This document shows, piece after piece, positions 11,922-22,329 of a DNA stretch of 64,000 nt (positions are counted from its first letter, which is position 1; every line of letters begins with the position of its first letter). The translations under genes and the position numbers were made by a program. The stretch spans positions 384,001-448,000 of the forward strand of contig CAWGAA010000002.1 in the NCBI GenBank assembly GCA_963820525.1, in the 5' to 3' direction. Under the pieces are notes generated by a model. It did not search any database. It saw nothing but the letters and a program-made list of their open reading frames with translations, and was not told the DNA's origin. The DNA is from an uncultured Spirochaetota bacterium (GTDB lineage Bacteria; Spirochaetota; Spirochaetia; SZUA-6; Fen-1364).

Positions 11922-12320
11922 ATGAGTCTGTCGGACCCTATTTCCGATATGCTGACGAAGATCAGGAACGCGAGCAGCGCCCGATTCGAGAGCGTCGACA
12001 TCCCCACCTCGAAGCTGAAGCTGGAGATCACCAAGATCCTCAAGAACGAGGGCTTCATCAAGACGTTCAAGAAGGTGACCCAGGACGGGCGGAACCTCAT
12101 CAGGATCTTCCTGAAGTACGACGGGGGCAACGCGCCCGTCATCCACGGGCTGAAGCGGATCTCGACGCCGGGGCGCCGCATGTACGCGGGCTACAAGAAC
12201 CTGCCGCGGGTGTTGAACGGCTTCGGCACCCTCATCGTCACCACCTCCACGGGGGTGACCACGGGGAAGAAGGCTGTGGAGAAGAAGGCCGGCGGCGAGC
12301 TGATCTGCACGGTCTGGTGA
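11922..12320 (+). CDS. rpsH: 30S ribosomal protein S8
   Basis: [13 protein letters not shown]...RISTPGRR...GGELIC. Confidence 0.98.
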   Translation: MSLSDPISDMLTKIRNASSARFESVDIPTSKLKLEITKILKNEGFIKTFKKVTQDGRNLIRIFLKYDGGNAPVIHGLKRISTPGRRMYAGYKNLPRVLNGFGTLIVTTSTGVTTGKKAVEKKAGGELICTVW

Positions 12321-12336
12321 GCAAGGAGATACGAGA

Positions 12337-12876
12337 GTGTCGCGAATCGGAAGATTGCCGGTTAAGATCCCCAAGGGCGTGAAGATCCAGGTGCAGGGGG
12401 CCACCGTCATGCTGGAAGGGCCGAAGGGCAAGCTCACCAGGCAGTGCTCGCCCGAGGTCGCCGTGAAGGTGGAGGGGGACTCCGTGGTGATCAGCCGCTC
12501 GGACGATTCCAAGCGGGCAAAGAGCCTCCATGGGCTGTACAGGAACCTGATCAAGAACGACCTGATCGGCCTGTCGGACGGATTCTCCAAGAGCCTGGCA
12601 ATCAGCGGGGTCGGCTACAAGGCCGAGCTGAAGGGAAAGAGCCTAGTGCTTACCCTTGGGTATTCGACGCCCATAGAGTACCCCATTCCCGAGGGCATCT
12701 CCATGGAAGTGGAGGCCAACACCAAGATCCTCGTGAAGGGATCGGACAAGGCGAAGGTGGGGCAGATCTGCGCCGAGATCCGCTCCTTCCGGCCCACCGA
12801 GCCGTACAAGGGCAAGGGGATCAAATACGAAGGCGAGTACGTCCGGCGCAAGATCGGGAAATCCGGAATCAAGTAG
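12337..12876 (+). CDS. rplF: 50S ribosomal protein L6
   Basis: SRIGRLPV...GVGYKA...EPYKGKGI. Confidence 0.98.
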   Translation: MSRIGRLPVKIPKGVKIQVQGATVMLEGPKGKLTRQCSPEVAVKVEGDSVVISRSDDSKRAKSLHGLYRNLIKNDLIGLSDGFSKSLAISGVGYKAELKGKSLVLTLGYSTPIEYPIPEGISMEVEANTKILVKGSDKAKVGQICAEIRSFRPTEPYKGKGIKYEGEYVRRKIGKSGIK

Positions 12877-12894
12877 GAGAGGCTGATACACGCC

Positions 12895-13254
12895 ATGAGA
12901 AAGCTGGAAGAGAAGACCCGCAAGCGGTCGAAGAGAAGGCAGAGCATCAGGAAGAAGATCAGCGGCACGTCGGAGAAGCCGCGCCTGACGGTGTACAAGT
13001 CCAACAGGTACACCTATATCCAGGCCATCGACGACACCAGCGGGCGGACCATCGCCGCCGCCTCCAACCTCGAGAAGGACCAGCGGAGCATCAAGAACCT
13101 GGCGGCGGATCTGGAAAAGCTGGGGCTGTTGATCGGACAGCGTCTCCTGGCGAAGAACGTGCAGAGCGTCGTCTTCGACAGGAACGGCTACCGGTACCAC
13201 GGGAAGGTGAAGGCATTGGCGGACGGCGCGCGAAAGGCCGGGATCAAGTTCTAG
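12895..13254 (+). CDS. rplR: 50S ribosomal protein L18
   Basis: PRLTVYKSN...[20 protein letters not shown]. Confidence 0.98.
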   Translation: MRKLEEKTRKRSKRRQSIRKKISGTSEKPRLTVYKSNRYTYIQAIDDTSGRTIAAASNLEKDQRSIKNLAADLEKLGLLIGQRLLAKNVQSVVFDRNGYRYHGKVKALADGARKAGIKF

Positions 13255-13350
13255 ACTGCGGCGGACCGCCGGCGCGCGGCCCAGGCGCGGGTATCTCGCG
13301 CACGGGGCGAAGCGGCCGGGGTGGACGCCGTATTCGAGGGGGATTTGAAG

Positions 13351-13866
13351 GTGGCAATGCAGCAGGACAGGGACAGAGACCGGGACAGGGGCGAGTTCAT
13401 GGAGAAGCTCGTCAAGCTCAATCGCGTCGCCAAGGTCGTCAAGGGCGGACGGCGCTTCTCATTCTCCGCCCTGGTCGTCGTGGGAGACAGGGCCGGGCGC
13501 GTCGGATACGGGTTCGGAAAAGCGAACGACGTTTCCGACGCCATCAGGAAGAGCATCGAGAAGGCCAAGAAGAACCTCGTGCGGGTGCCCATCAAAAAGG
13601 CGACCCTCCCTCACCAGGTCATCGGAAAGTTCAAGAGCGCCCAGGTGCTCCTGAAGCCCGCGGCCCCCGGAACGGGGGTCATCGCCGGCGGGCCCGTCCG
13701 GGCCGTCATGGAGGCGGCCGGAGTGCGGGACGTGCTCTCCAAGTCTCTGGGCTCCTCCAATGCAATCAACACGGTCAAGGCCGTGTTCCAGGGCCTCGAC
13801 AGCCTCATGGAGGCCCGTGACGTAGCGGCCAACAGGGGAAAGATCATCAAGGACGTGTGGGGATAG
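13351..13866 (+). CDS. rpsE: 30S ribosomal protein S5
   Basis: [15 protein letters not shown]...[12 protein letters not shown]; start GTG 13351 (after SD GAGGGGG) or ATG 13357. Confidence 0.97.
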   Translation: MAMQQDRDRDRDRGEFMEKLVKLNRVAKVVKGGRRFSFSALVVVGDRAGRVGYGFGKANDVSDAIRKSIEKAKKNLVRVPIKKATLPHQVIGKFKSAQVLLKPAAPGTGVIAGGPVRAVMEAAGVRDVLSKSLGSSNAINTVKAVFQGLDSLMEARDVAANRGKIIKDVWG

Positions 13867-13870
13867 GGAT

Positions 13871-14062
13871 ATGGCAGCAAACCGATTGCGCATCAAGCTC
13901 GTTCGAAGCCCCATCGGGTGCAAGCCCGAGCACAGGAGAACGGTGAAGGCCCTCGGGCTGCGCCGGCTCGGCTCAGCCGTGGAGAAAACCGCCTCCCCGG
14001 CCGTCCTTGGCATGGTCCGTTCCGTTTCCTATCTTCTTGATGTAGAGGAGATTCGCTCGTGA
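13871..14062 (+). CDS. rpmD: 50S ribosomal protein L30
   Basis: IKLVRSPIG...TVKALGLRR...GMV. Confidence 0.96.
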   Translation: MAANRLRIKLVRSPIGCKPEHRRTVKALGLRRLGSAVEKTASPAVLGMVRSVSYLLDVEEIRS

Positions 14063-14577
14063 TGGAAGACCGCACGATACGCAAACCGAAGGGCTTGAAG
14101 AAGAAGAAAATGCTGGGAAGGGGCGTCGGCTCCGGTCACGGCAAGACTTCCGGCAAGGGGACCAAGGGCCAGAAGGCCCGCTCCGGAGGCGGCGTGCGGC
14201 TCGGGTTCGAGGGCGGCCAGATGCCGCTGTTCCGGCGCATCGCCCGCCGGGGATTCTCAAACGCCCCGTTCAAGAAGGTCTACGCGGTGATAAACGTCTC
14301 GGAGCTCAACAGGTTCCCCGACGGCGAGAAGGTCACCGAGGAGACTCTGAGGGCCCGCGGCCTGCTCGGCAAGAAAGGGCTGCCCGTTAAAATTCTCGGG
14401 AATGGCGAGCTTGCTCGAAAGCTTTCCGTCTCCGTTGACAAGGTATCCGCCACCGCGCGGGAGAAGATCCTGGCGGCGGGGGGTACGGTAGACCGCCCCG
14501 GGGGCGGTGCAGCGGCCCGCCCGAGGGGTGGCGCAGCAGCCCACCCGAGGGGCGGTGAGGTCGTCGAGGGGAACTAA
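14059..14577 (+). CDS. rplO: 50S ribosomal protein L15
   Basis: [15 protein letters not shown]...FEGGQMPL; C-terminal RPxGGAAA repeats. Confidence 0.97.
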   Translation: MMEDRTIRKPKGLKKKKMLGRGVGSGHGKTSGKGTKGQKARSGGGVRLGFEGGQMPLFRRIARRGFSNAPFKKVYAVINVSELNRFPDGEKVTEETLRARGLLGKKGLPVKILGNGELARKLSVSVDKVSATAREKILAAGGTVDRPGGGAAARPRGGAAAHPRGGEVVEGN

Positions 14578-15896
14578 TGGCCAATCCTATCATCGATATC
14601 TTCAGGGTCAAGGAACTGCGGGACCGCATCCTTTTCACCGTGGGGATACTCGTCATCTATCGAATCGGCTGCATCCTGCCGGTGCCGGGAGTCAACATCA
14701 CGGCGCTGCAGAACTATTTCGCCGCCAAGGGAAGCACGGGAGGGCTCGGCATCGAGGACTTCCTGGATTTCTTCGCCGGAGGAGCGTTCAAGAACTTCTC
14801 CGTGTTCATGCTGACGATCATGCCCTACATCTCGGCATCGATCATCATGACCCTGCTCACCATCGTGTTCCCGAAGCTGAAGAAGGTTTCCGAGGAGGAG
14901 GGCGGCAAGAAGAAGATCCACCGCTGGACGCGCTACGGCACGGTGCTGATCTGCTTGGTCCAGTCCTTCACCGTCACCCGCTACGCCCAGAGCATTCCCG
15001 ACGCGATCAACATCGCGATGCTGCCGTTTGCCCTCCTGGCGATGCTCACCGTGACGACGGGCACCATGTTCCTCATGTGGATGGGAGATCAGATCACCCG
15101 CCGCGGAATCGGAAACGGAATTTCGCTTCTCATCTTCGCCGGGATCGTGGCCAGGATACCGGGGGCTCTCTGGACTCTTGTGCAGCAGATCCAGAGCCGC
15201 GCGCTCAACCCCGTGTACGTTATCGTGGTCCTGATCATGTTCGTCATCGTCGTGGCGCTCGTCGTCTACGAGCAGCAGGGACAGAGAAAGATCCCCGTCC
15301 ATTACGCCAAGAGGGTCATCGGCCGCAGGATCTACGGCTCGCAGAACACCTACCTGCCGTTCAAGGTGAACCCCTCCGGGGTCATCCCCGTGATCTTCGC
15401 CTCCTCGATCCTCGTCTTTCCCATCCAGATCGCGCAGAGCCTCGGAGCCCGGGTGGATTGGCTGTCCCGGTTCGCCTCGTGGCTGCGGCCCCAGGGGCTG
15501 CCGTACGTGGTCGCCTACGGCCTTCTCATCATCTTTTTCGCGTACTTCTACACCCAGGTGACGCTGAACCCGGTGGAGATCTCCAAGCATATCCGCGAGA
15601 ACGGGGGCTCCATTCCCGGGATCAGGTCCGAGAAGATGGAGGAGTACCTCACGAGGATCCTGCACAGGATCATCCTTCCGGGGTCCCTGTTCCTCACGTT
15701 CATCGCGATCATCCCCACCCTCGTTCAGACCCTGTTCCACTTCCCGTCCTCGGTGGCCTACCTGATGGGTGGAACGTCACTGCTGATTCTCGTGGGCGTC
15801 GACCTGGACACCATGTCGCAGATCGAGGGATACCTGAGGATGCACCATCACGAGGGCATCGTGCGCAAGGGCCGGATCCGGTCCCGCAACCTGTAA
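14577..15896 (+). CDS. secY: Preprotein translocase subunit SecY
   Basis: IMPYISASII, GIGNGISL, GVIPVIFA, IPGIR, GGTSLLI; about 10 hydrophobic segments. Confidence 0.99.
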   Translation: MANPIIDIFRVKELRDRILFTVGILVIYRIGCILPVPGVNITALQNYFAAKGSTGGLGIEDFLDFFAGGAFKNFSVFMLTIMPYISASIIMTLLTIVFPKLKKVSEEEGGKKKIHRWTRYGTVLICLVQSFTVTRYAQSIPDAINIAMLPFALLAMLTVTTGTMFLMWMGDQITRRGIGNGISLLIFAGIVARIPGALWTLVQQIQSRALNPVYVIVVLIMFVIVVALVVYEQQGQRKIPVHYAKRVIGRRIYGSQNTYLPFKVNPSGVIPVIFASSILVFPIQIAQSLGARVDWLSRFASWLRPQGLPYVVAYGLLIIFFAYFYTQVTLNPVEISKHIRENGGSIPGIRSEKMEEYLTRILHRIILPGSLFLTFIAIIPTLVQTLFHFPSSVAYLMGGTSLLILVGVDLDTMSQIEGYLRMHHHEGIVRKGRIRSRNL

Positions 15897-15908
15897 GGGA
15901 GGAATGGT

Positions 15909-16022
15909 ATGAAGGTACGCGTCAGCGTAAAACCGATTTGTGACAAATGCAAGGTCATCCGGCGCAAGGGGGTGGTGCGGATCATCTGCCAGAACCCCAA
16001 GCACAAGCAGAGACAGAGGTAG
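15909..16022 (+). CDS. rpmJ: 50S ribosomal protein L36 (absent from the ORF track)
   Basis: Manual translation: [37 protein letters not shown]. Confidence 0.97.
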   Translation: MKVRVSVKPICDKCKVIRRKGVVRIICQNPKHKQRQR

Positions 16023-16031
16023 GAGGAGAGG

Positions 16032-16400
16032 ATGGCGCGTATAGCGGGCGTTGACCTGCCCAACAAGCACACGGACATCGCACTGACCTACATATTCGGG
16101 ATCGGGGTGTCATCCGCCCAGAAGATCTGCGCGACCACGGGGGTAGACCCGCAGAAGCGCATCAACGAGCTCACCGCGGACGAGATCAACAAGCTGCGGA
16201 CGGTGATCGAGAGCGACTACAAGGTGGAAGGGAGACTGAGAACCGAGATCTCCCTCAATATAAAGCGGCTGATGGACATCGGCTGCTACAGGGGCGTACG
16301 GCACCGACGGGGGCTTCCCGTCCGCGGCCAGCGGACGAAGACCAATGCGCGCACCCGCAAGGGCAAGAGGAAGACGGTTGCCGGCAAGAGGAAGAAGTAG
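16032..16400 (+). CDS. rpsM: 30S ribosomal protein S13
   Basis: [10 protein letters not shown]...[18 protein letters not shown]. Confidence 0.99.
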   Translation: MARIAGVDLPNKHTDIALTYIFGIGVSSAQKICATTGVDPQKRINELTADEINKLRTVIESDYKVEGRLRTEISLNIKRLMDIGCYRGVRHRRGLPVRGQRTKTNARTRKGKRKTVAGKRKK

Positions 16401-16466
16401 CCGGGACGGGGCCGGCCTTTCGACATTCTCGCGGCGGAATGCCGCCACAGGGCAAGGAGAGATGCT

Positions 16467-16850
16467 TTGGCTAAGACCAAGGGTAAGAAGGAAAAGAAGA
16501 AGAATATCGCCGAAGGCAAGGCCTTCATCCAGGCTACCTTCAACAATACGATCGTGACGATCACGGATACGATGGGCAACACCATCTCGTGGGCGTCCGC
16601 GGGAGCGCTGGGGTTCAAAGGGGCCAAGAAGTCCACCCCGTTCGCCGCTCAGTCCACGGCTGAATCCGCCGCCAGCAAGGCGATGGAGCAGGGCCTGCGG
16701 GAGCTTTCCGTGTTCGTGAAGGGGCCGGGCGTCGGCAGCGAGGCCGCGATTCGCGCATTCGGGGTTCTCGGCATCAGGGTGCGCTCCATCAAGGACATCA
16801 CGCCGATCCCCCATAACGGGTGCCGGCCGCCCAAGAAGCGCAGGGTGTAG
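16467..16850 (+). CDS. rpsK: 30S ribosomal protein S11
   Basis: TTG start after [17 protein letters not shown]...[14 protein letters not shown]. Confidence 0.98.
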   Translation: MAKTKGKKEKKKNIAEGKAFIQATFNNTIVTITDTMGNTISWASAGALGFKGAKKSTPFAAQSTAESAASKAMEQGLRELSVFVKGPGVGSEAAIRAFGVLGIRVRSIKDITPIPHNGCRPPKKRRV

Positions 16851-16862
16851 GGAGGAATACAG

Positions 16863-17498
16863 GTGGGAAGGAATATCGGTCCCCAGTGCAGGCTCTGCAG
16901 GAGCGAAGGGGTCAAGCTGTATCTGAAGGGCGACAGGTGCAAAAGCCCCAAGTGCCCGGTCTCGAAGAAGAAGGGCGCTCCCGGCAAGGGGCCGCGCAGC
17001 AGAACGAAGAAGCTCTCCGACTACGGCATCCAGCTGCGCGAGAAGCAGAAGCTGAAGAGGATGTACGGGATGCTGGAGGGGCAGTTCAGCCTCTTCTTCG
17101 CCCGGGCCATAAAGAAAAAGGGAATCACGGGCGAGAACCTCATCCAGATGCTCGAGCGGAGGCTGGACAACGTGGTGTACAGGATGCACCTGGCCCCGTC
17201 GCGAAAGAGCGCGCGCCAGCTCGTGCTCCACGGCCACATCCGTCTCAACGGAAAGCGGGCCTCCATCCCCTCCCTGCAGGTGAGGGAGAACGACGAGGTG
17301 GCGGTGACGGAGAAGTCCACGAAGCTCACCTTCATCAAGGAGAGCCTGAGGGAGCTCTCGCGGGCGGGGGTCGTGCCGTGGCTCGACATCGATCCGGACA
17401 AGATGGTGGGAAAGGTCAAGGCGATACCCAGGCGCAGCGAGGTGACGGACCTGGCGGATATCAGAGAGCAGCTGATCGTCGAGCTGTATTCCAAGTAA
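16863..17498 (+). CDS. rpsD: 30S ribosomal protein S4 (Cys-containing N-terminus)
   Basis: CRLCR..., QLREKQK, LERRLDNVVYR, IVELYSK. Confidence 0.98.
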   Translation: MGRNIGPQCRLCRSEGVKLYLKGDRCKSPKCPVSKKKGAPGKGPRSRTKKLSDYGIQLREKQKLKRMYGMLEGQFSLFFARAIKKKGITGENLIQMLERRLDNVVYRMHLAPSRKSARQLVLHGHIRLNGKRASIPSLQVRENDEVAVTEKSTKLTFIKESLRELSRAGVVPWLDIDPDKMVGKVKAIPRRSEVTDLADIREQLIVELYSK

Positions 17499-17508
17499 GG
17501 GGTCTTCA

Positions 17509-18621
17509 ATGCTCCGAAAGAACCTTCTGAAAGGTTTCAAGAAGCCGAAGGGCATCACCTTCGAGCACAGCGAGATCGAGGCGAACTACGGTCGATTCGT
17601 CGCGTATCCCTTCGAGAGGGGCTATGGCGTTACGATCGGCAATACGCTCCGGAGAATCCTCCTGTCCTCGATCCAGGGGTACGCGATAACCGCGGCGAAG
17701 ATCACCGCCTTCAAGGACGACGGCTCGCCCCACATCATCGCCAGCGAATACGAGCCCATCCCCGAAATGGTCGAAGACACGCCGGACTTCATCAACAACC
17801 TCAAGCAGGTTCAGGTACAGCTGGGGGGAGATCTGGAAGAGAAGACCGTGGTCCTTGAATCCAAGGGGGCGCGGACCCTCTACGCCAAGGACCTCGCCGT
17901 CGACAACGACGTGGAGGTGGTGAACGGCGACTTTCCCATCGCCACCCTGATGGAAAAGGCGAACATCGAGATCGAGATCCAGATCAACCTCGGCAGGGGC
18001 TACGTGCCCGCCGAGAGGAACGAGAAATACATCGAGGTCATCGGTACGATACCGATCGACTCCATCTTTTCTCCCATCCAGAAGGTGAAGTACAGCGTGG
18101 AGAACACGCGCGTCGGCCAGAGGACGGACTACGACAAGCTGATCCTCGAGGTGTGGACCGACGGGACCATAGCGCCGGACGACGCCCTGGCTGAGGCGGC
18201 GAAGATCGCCAAGGACCACTTCACGATCTTCATCAATTTCGACGAAGCGGAGGCCTCCTCGGACGAGGACATCGACGAGGACGAAGAGAGGATCCGGGCC
18301 GTGCTCGATACCCCGGTGGAGGAGCTGGAGCTCTCCGTGCGGTCCAGCAACTGCCTTCGAAACGCGAATATCCGAACCATCGGAGACCTCACGAGGAAGA
18401 GCGAGGAAGAGATCACCAAGACCCGCAACTTCGGCAAGAAGAGCCTCCAGGAGATCCGCGACAAGCTTCGGGCGCGCGGCCTGGATCTCGGGATGAAGGA
18501 TTATTCCGCCCTGAAAAAGCAGCTGAAGAAACAGCTGGCCGGAGAGACTGTCGTCTCCGCCGCGGGGACGGACGCCGTGGACGCCGCGGATTCGGAAGGG
18601 AAGGAAGAAAATGAATCATAG
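17509..18621 (+). CDS. rpoA: RNA polymerase alpha subunit
   Basis: PFERGYGVTIGNTLRRILLSS; alpha-CTD LELSVRSSNCL...RNFGKKSL. Confidence 0.99.
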   Translation: MLRKNLLKGFKKPKGITFEHSEIEANYGRFVAYPFERGYGVTIGNTLRRILLSSIQGYAITAAKITAFKDDGSPHIIASEYEPIPEMVEDTPDFINNLKQVQVQLGGDLEEKTVVLESKGARTLYAKDLAVDNDVEVVNGDFPIATLMEKANIEIEIQINLGRGYVPAERNEKYIEVIGTIPIDSIFSPIQKVKYSVENTRVGQRTDYDKLILEVWTDGTIAPDDALAEAAKIAKDHFTIFINFDEAEASSDEDIDEDEERIRAVLDTPVEELELSVRSSNCLRNANIRTIGDLTRKSEEEITKTRNFGKKSLQEIRDKLRARGLDLGMKDYSALKKQLKKQLAGETVVSAAGTDAVDAADSEGKEENES

Positions 18622-19027
18622 GAGCAACTTCAACAGACTGGGGCGCAGCTCCGCCCACCGCAAAGCCCTGCTCAAGGCGTTGACGAAGTCCCTCTTCACC
18701 TACGAGCGAGTGCGGACAACCCTCCCCAAAGCCAAGGAGGCGAGGCGCTTCGCCGAGAAGCTCATCACCAGAGCGCGGACGGATTCGGTGCACAATCGCA
18801 GGATCGCGGCGCGGGTCATCACGGACGCGCGGGTGCTCAACAAGCTCTTCACCGATATCGCCCCCCGCTACGCTCAGAGACCGGGAGGGTATACCCGGAT
18901 CCTCAAGCTCGGCAAACGTTTTGGAGATGCCTCGGAAATGGCGGTTCTGGAGCTTCTGGAACGGAAAGAGCGGCAGAGGCTGCGCAAGAAGAAGGAAGCG
19001 CAGGAGGCGGCCGCAAAGGAGGGCTGA
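18611..19027 (+). CDS. rplQ: 50S ribosomal protein L17
   Basis: LGRSSAHRKAL...TTLPKAKE...RPGGYTRI. Confidence 0.98.
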   Translation: MNHRSNFNRLGRSSAHRKALLKALTKSLFTYERVRTTLPKAKEARRFAEKLITRARTDSVHNRRIAARVITDARVLNKLFTDIAPRYAQRPGGYTRILKLGKRFGDASEMAVLELLERKERQRLRKKKEAQEAAAKEG

Positions 19028-19057
19028 GGCTCTCCATAGAGTCGCGGAATCCAGCAC

Positions 19058-19090
19058 GCCCGGGCGGCTTCGTCCCGGGCCGGTTTCATT
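19058..19090 (+). terminator. Possible intrinsic terminator after rplQ
   Basis: GCCCGGG...CCCGGGC hairpin followed by a weak T-rich tail (CGGTTTCATT). Confidence 0.45.
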
Positions 19091-19167
19091 GAGAAACAGC
19101 TGCTAGCCTCTTGCCGCGAAGACGCTTTCCGCCGATACTAGGTAGATAGAAGGTATCCGGATCTCTC

Positions 19168-22100
19168 ATGCGGCAGAGCCTGAAGGTAGCTTTCAGCCTC
19201 CTCGTCTCGATAATTCTGTTCAGCGGGTTCACGGTGCTCGCTTTTTCAGGGCTTTTCAACGTCTTGGAAGCCGGCTTCTTCTACCCGCGGGTCCAGAAGG
19301 AGGTCCGCCTCCAGCTCGACTCCCTGGCATCGAAGATCCGAAACTACCATACTCTGAACATCGAGCGCTTCTCCGCGATCACGGCCAAGGACTACGCGGC
19401 GTCCGCATTTGACAGAAACCAGACGGACAAGGACATTGCCGCCCGCGTGGAGGCATTCGGTGCCCTGCAGAAGGACATGCCGAGCCTGACGATCGTGAGA
19501 TTCCTCGATCCGGACGGGCGGAAGATCCACTACAGCACGCTTTCTACGGACGTCTCCAAGCCGACCGCCGGCGGCATCGAATATAAAACCCTGGACCAGG
19601 CGGATCCCGGGTCGCTCGCGGGAACGGCCCTCCAGAGCGGAGAGGGACAGCAGCCGCGGCTGATCATAGACGGGGAGAACGAGCGCTTCATCTACTCGCT
19701 TCCCATGTACCGTCAGGCGGGCGCCGCCAAGCAGTTCATGGGCACGGCCCTTTTCACCGTGAGCTCGGCGGACCTTCTGACGTACCTGCTTCGCGCTCAA
19801 GCGAGCGGCGTCGCGAACATCCTTCTGGTGAAGGGTGACGGCGTGCTGATCAACTTCCCGGGCGTCGAGATGAAAGTCCTGTCCGACGGAATCGACACCA
19901 TCTGGCGCTCCCACCCCGATGAAGAGAGCTTCACCGTTCCCCTGACCCTTTCCAAGCAGGGGGGCTCCTCGGAAACCTTCATGGTCTTTTCCGAGCGTCT
20001 CGCGCCGGGAGGCATCGCCAGCCTCATGGCGCCCCGGGGCATGTTCGAAATGAGTCCCTTCATGAAGGGGCTGATGCTCGCCTCGTTCTTCTTCACCGTG
20101 TTCCTCATCGTCTACCTGCTGTTCAACCTGAGGCCGGATCCCCTGGAGGTCCTCTCCCAGAGGGTGAAGCGCTTCCAGATCCAGCTCCTCGAGGAGATCA
20201 TGGAAAGCCCCGGAGGGGCCGACTGGGGAAGGTGGAAGAGAGAGCTTGAGGCCCGCAAGGGCGAGATCACGCACCAGATCCAGCGCGGCATCGGCAGGGT
20301 GTCTGCGAAGCAGAAACCGGAGATCGACACATATCTTTCGAAGAGCTGGAACGAAATCGTCGACCTGCTGGGCAAGCGGGCCGAGATCACTCCCGCTCCT
20401 GCCGGCCCGATCGATATCGCGAATCTCGAGAACCTCATCCGACAGGCGCTCGCCAACGCGAGGTTCATCGCTCCGGCTGAAACGACAATCGCCGCCCCTC
20501 GCAGGAAGCTCAGGGTCGAGGAGCTGCGGGCCGAGGAAGTGGAGGAACTTGCGGAGGCCGAAGAGCCCGCCGAGGCCGAGGAGGTGGAAGAAGCCGAGGC
20601 AGTGGAGGAGGCCGAGGCTGTCGAGGAAGCCGAAGCAGTCGAAGAGGCGGAGGCCGCTGAAGAGGTTGAGGCGGTCGAGGAAGCCGAAGCGGTGGAAGAA
20701 GCCGAAGCTGTCGAGGAAGCCGAGGCCGTCGAAGAGGCGGAGGCCGTTGAAGAGGTTGAGGCGGCCGAGCAGGCCGAAGTTGTCGAAGAGATTGCCGCCG
20801 ATACCGGCAGACCTGAAGATGAGAGAAGGGAAGCCCGGGAGGAAACCTCCGAGGCCGAATCGTTCGCAGAGGTTGAAGAGCTCGACCTCGAGGAAGCCGC
20901 CGGAGAAGGGGAAAGCATCGAGCGCGCGGGAGAGCCGGTGGCCTTCGAAGAGGCCGAGGAAGCCGAGGAGGTGGAGGAGCTCGAGGAGCTTCAGAGCGTG
21001 GCATCGCCGCAGGGATCGATCGCCGGCCGCGTAAGCGAGTTGGTGGAAGTCCGCGTGCCGCCCGTCAGCACGATAGAGCTCACCCTGCCCGAGATCGAGG
21101 AGGAGCCGGTTTTTGAGCGCAGCGAAGAGGCGCTTGAGGAGCTCGAGCCGTTGGCGGAGATTCAGCCGCTTCCCCCCGAACCGATGGAGGAGGGCCTCGA
21201 GCTTCTGCCTCTTGCCGATGAGGCGGGCTCAGAGCTCGTTTCCGGGATGGAAGGGTGGGGACCGATGAACGATCATGAAAGAGAGGCGGAGTACATGGAG
21301 GAGCCTCGCGCGGTCGAGACCGGGGTAAAGCCGGTTCCGGCCGAATCGAGCGACGAGGAGCGGAAATTCCAGGGGATCGTGGGCGCCCTGGAAGATGCGG
21401 GGCCGGCAGGCGCGGAAGAGGTGCTGGAAGAGCTGGAAGAGGTGTCGGATGCCGCCGAAGCTCTCGCGCGCAAGGTGGAGCAAGCCGAATGGTCGCCCGT
21501 CGAGCAGCGCCAGGAGCTCGACAGGCTCGTCGCATCCGGCTCGATCAAGACCTATTCCATCGAGCAGCTCCAGGGATTCGTCGACGAGGCGAAGTCCGCC
21601 ATCGTCATCAAGGACGGAGTGTTCCGGATCAAGGAGGAGGTGTACTCGACCGCCGACAAGGTCCGGGACGGGAAGCTCAAAGATCTCGCCGAGGAAGTCA
21701 TCCGGCACGAAAAGATCGCGGATGTCCCGTCCGCCGATCTCGCAGAAGAGGGAGGGTTCTCGGGGATCGGGGACCTCATCCGCGAGGAGGAGACTCTCGA
21801 TCTCGCCAAGGTTGTAGGAACGGAGAAGGAGGTCGGAAGCGAAGAGATCCTCAGCCCCGCAATGGAGAAGAACTGGGCCCTCCACCTGAAGAAGACGGGA
21901 ATCGACTACGACGAGTTCCTCTCCGCATATCCGCGATCCTTCACCCATACGGCCCAGATGAAATCTCTCGTGGAGGTTTCCCGGCGGGTTTCCGCCGTCT
22001 GCGCGGGGATACTGCTGAAGAAGTCCGACGGCTACATCCCTGACATAACCGTGGGGGCGAGCGAGAGGACCGTGCAGAGCTTCCGTTTCTTAACGGATGA

Positions 22101-22329
22101 ACCGCTCAGCGTCATTCTGAACGAGCGCAAGGCGGTCGCCATCGACAGGAACACGGCTGAGATCCGAACCCTTCGCAACAAGGTAGACATGGGAGATCTC
22201 CGTTACATGAAGCACCTGTTATTCATTCCGCTCGTATATCGCGCGCAGGAAGCGTATCTTTTCCTCTCCTTCTCCACCGAGAACGATATTTCACCTGATT
22301 CGATTCTTTCGAGCCTGAAAGTACAATAG
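19168..22329 (+). CDS. Large membrane protein: two TM helices around a Cache-like domain, a very acidic repeat region and a possible GAF-like C-terminal domain
   Basis: 1053-aa ORF; TM at N-terminus and near aa 300-320; (EEAEAV)n; domain folds inferred from sequence pattern only. Confidence 0.8.
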   Translation: MRQSLKVAFSLLVSIILFSGFTVLAFSGLFNVLEAGFFYPRVQKEVRLQLDSLASKIRNYHTLNIERFSAITAKDYAASAFDRNQTDKDIAARVEAFGALQKDMPSLTIVRFLDPDGRKIHYSTLSTDVSKPTAGGIEYKTLDQADPGSLAGTALQSGEGQQPRLIIDGENERFIYSLPMYRQAGAAKQFMGTALFTVSSADLLTYLLRAQASGVANILLVKGDGVLINFPGVEMKVLSDGIDTIWRSHPDEESFTVPLTLSKQGGSSETFMVFSERLAPGGIASLMAPRGMFEMSPFMKGLMLASFFFTVFLIVYLLFNLRPDPLEVLSQRVKRFQIQLLEEIMESPGGADWGRWKRELEARKGEITHQIQRGIGRVSAKQKPEIDTYLSKSWNEIVDLLGKRAEITPAPAGPIDIANLENLIRQALANARFIAPAETTIAAPRRKLRVEELRAEEVEELAEAEEPAEAEEVEEAEAVEEAEAVEEAEAVEEAEAAEEVEAVEEAEAVEEAEAVEEAEAVEEAEAVEEVEAAEQAEVVEEIAADTGRPEDERREAREETSEAESFAEVEELDLEEAAGEGESIERAGEPVAFEEAEEAEEVEELEELQSVASPQGSIAGRVSELVEVRVPPVSTIELTLPEIEEEPVFERSEEALEELEPLAEIQPLPPEPMEEGLELLPLADEAGSELVSGMEGWGPMNDHEREAEYMEEPRAVETGVKPVPAESSDEERKFQGIVGALEDAGPAGAEEVLEELEEVSDAAEALARKVEQAEWSPVEQRQELDRLVASGSIKTYSIEQLQGFVDEAKSAIVIKDGVFRIKEEVYSTADKVRDGKLKDLAEEVIRHEKIADVPSADLAEEGGFSGIGDLIREEETLDLAKVVGTEKEVGSEEILSPAMEKNWALHLKKTGIDYDEFLSAYPRSFTHTAQMKSLVEVSRRVSAVCAGILLKKSDGYIPDITVGASERTVQSFRFLTDEPLSVILNERKAVAIDRNTAEIRTLRNKVDMGDLRYMKHLLFIPLVYRAQEAYLFLSFSTENDISPDSILSSLKVQ
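20533..20790 (+). repeat. 18-bp coding tandem repeat encoding (EEAEAV)n
   Basis: About a dozen degenerate copies such as GAGGAAGCCGAGGCCGTC. Confidence 0.9.

Noticed and set aside
15897..15908. Absence of adk-map-infA after secY
   Set aside because: Ordinary for many spirochetes; not a novelty.
19083..19098. parS-like palindrome GTTTCATTGAGAAAC
   Set aside because: Centre and length do not match GTTTCACGTGAAAC.
20533..20790. Possible CRISPR array
   Set aside because: Degenerate in-frame coding repeat with no spacers; no cas genes in the window.
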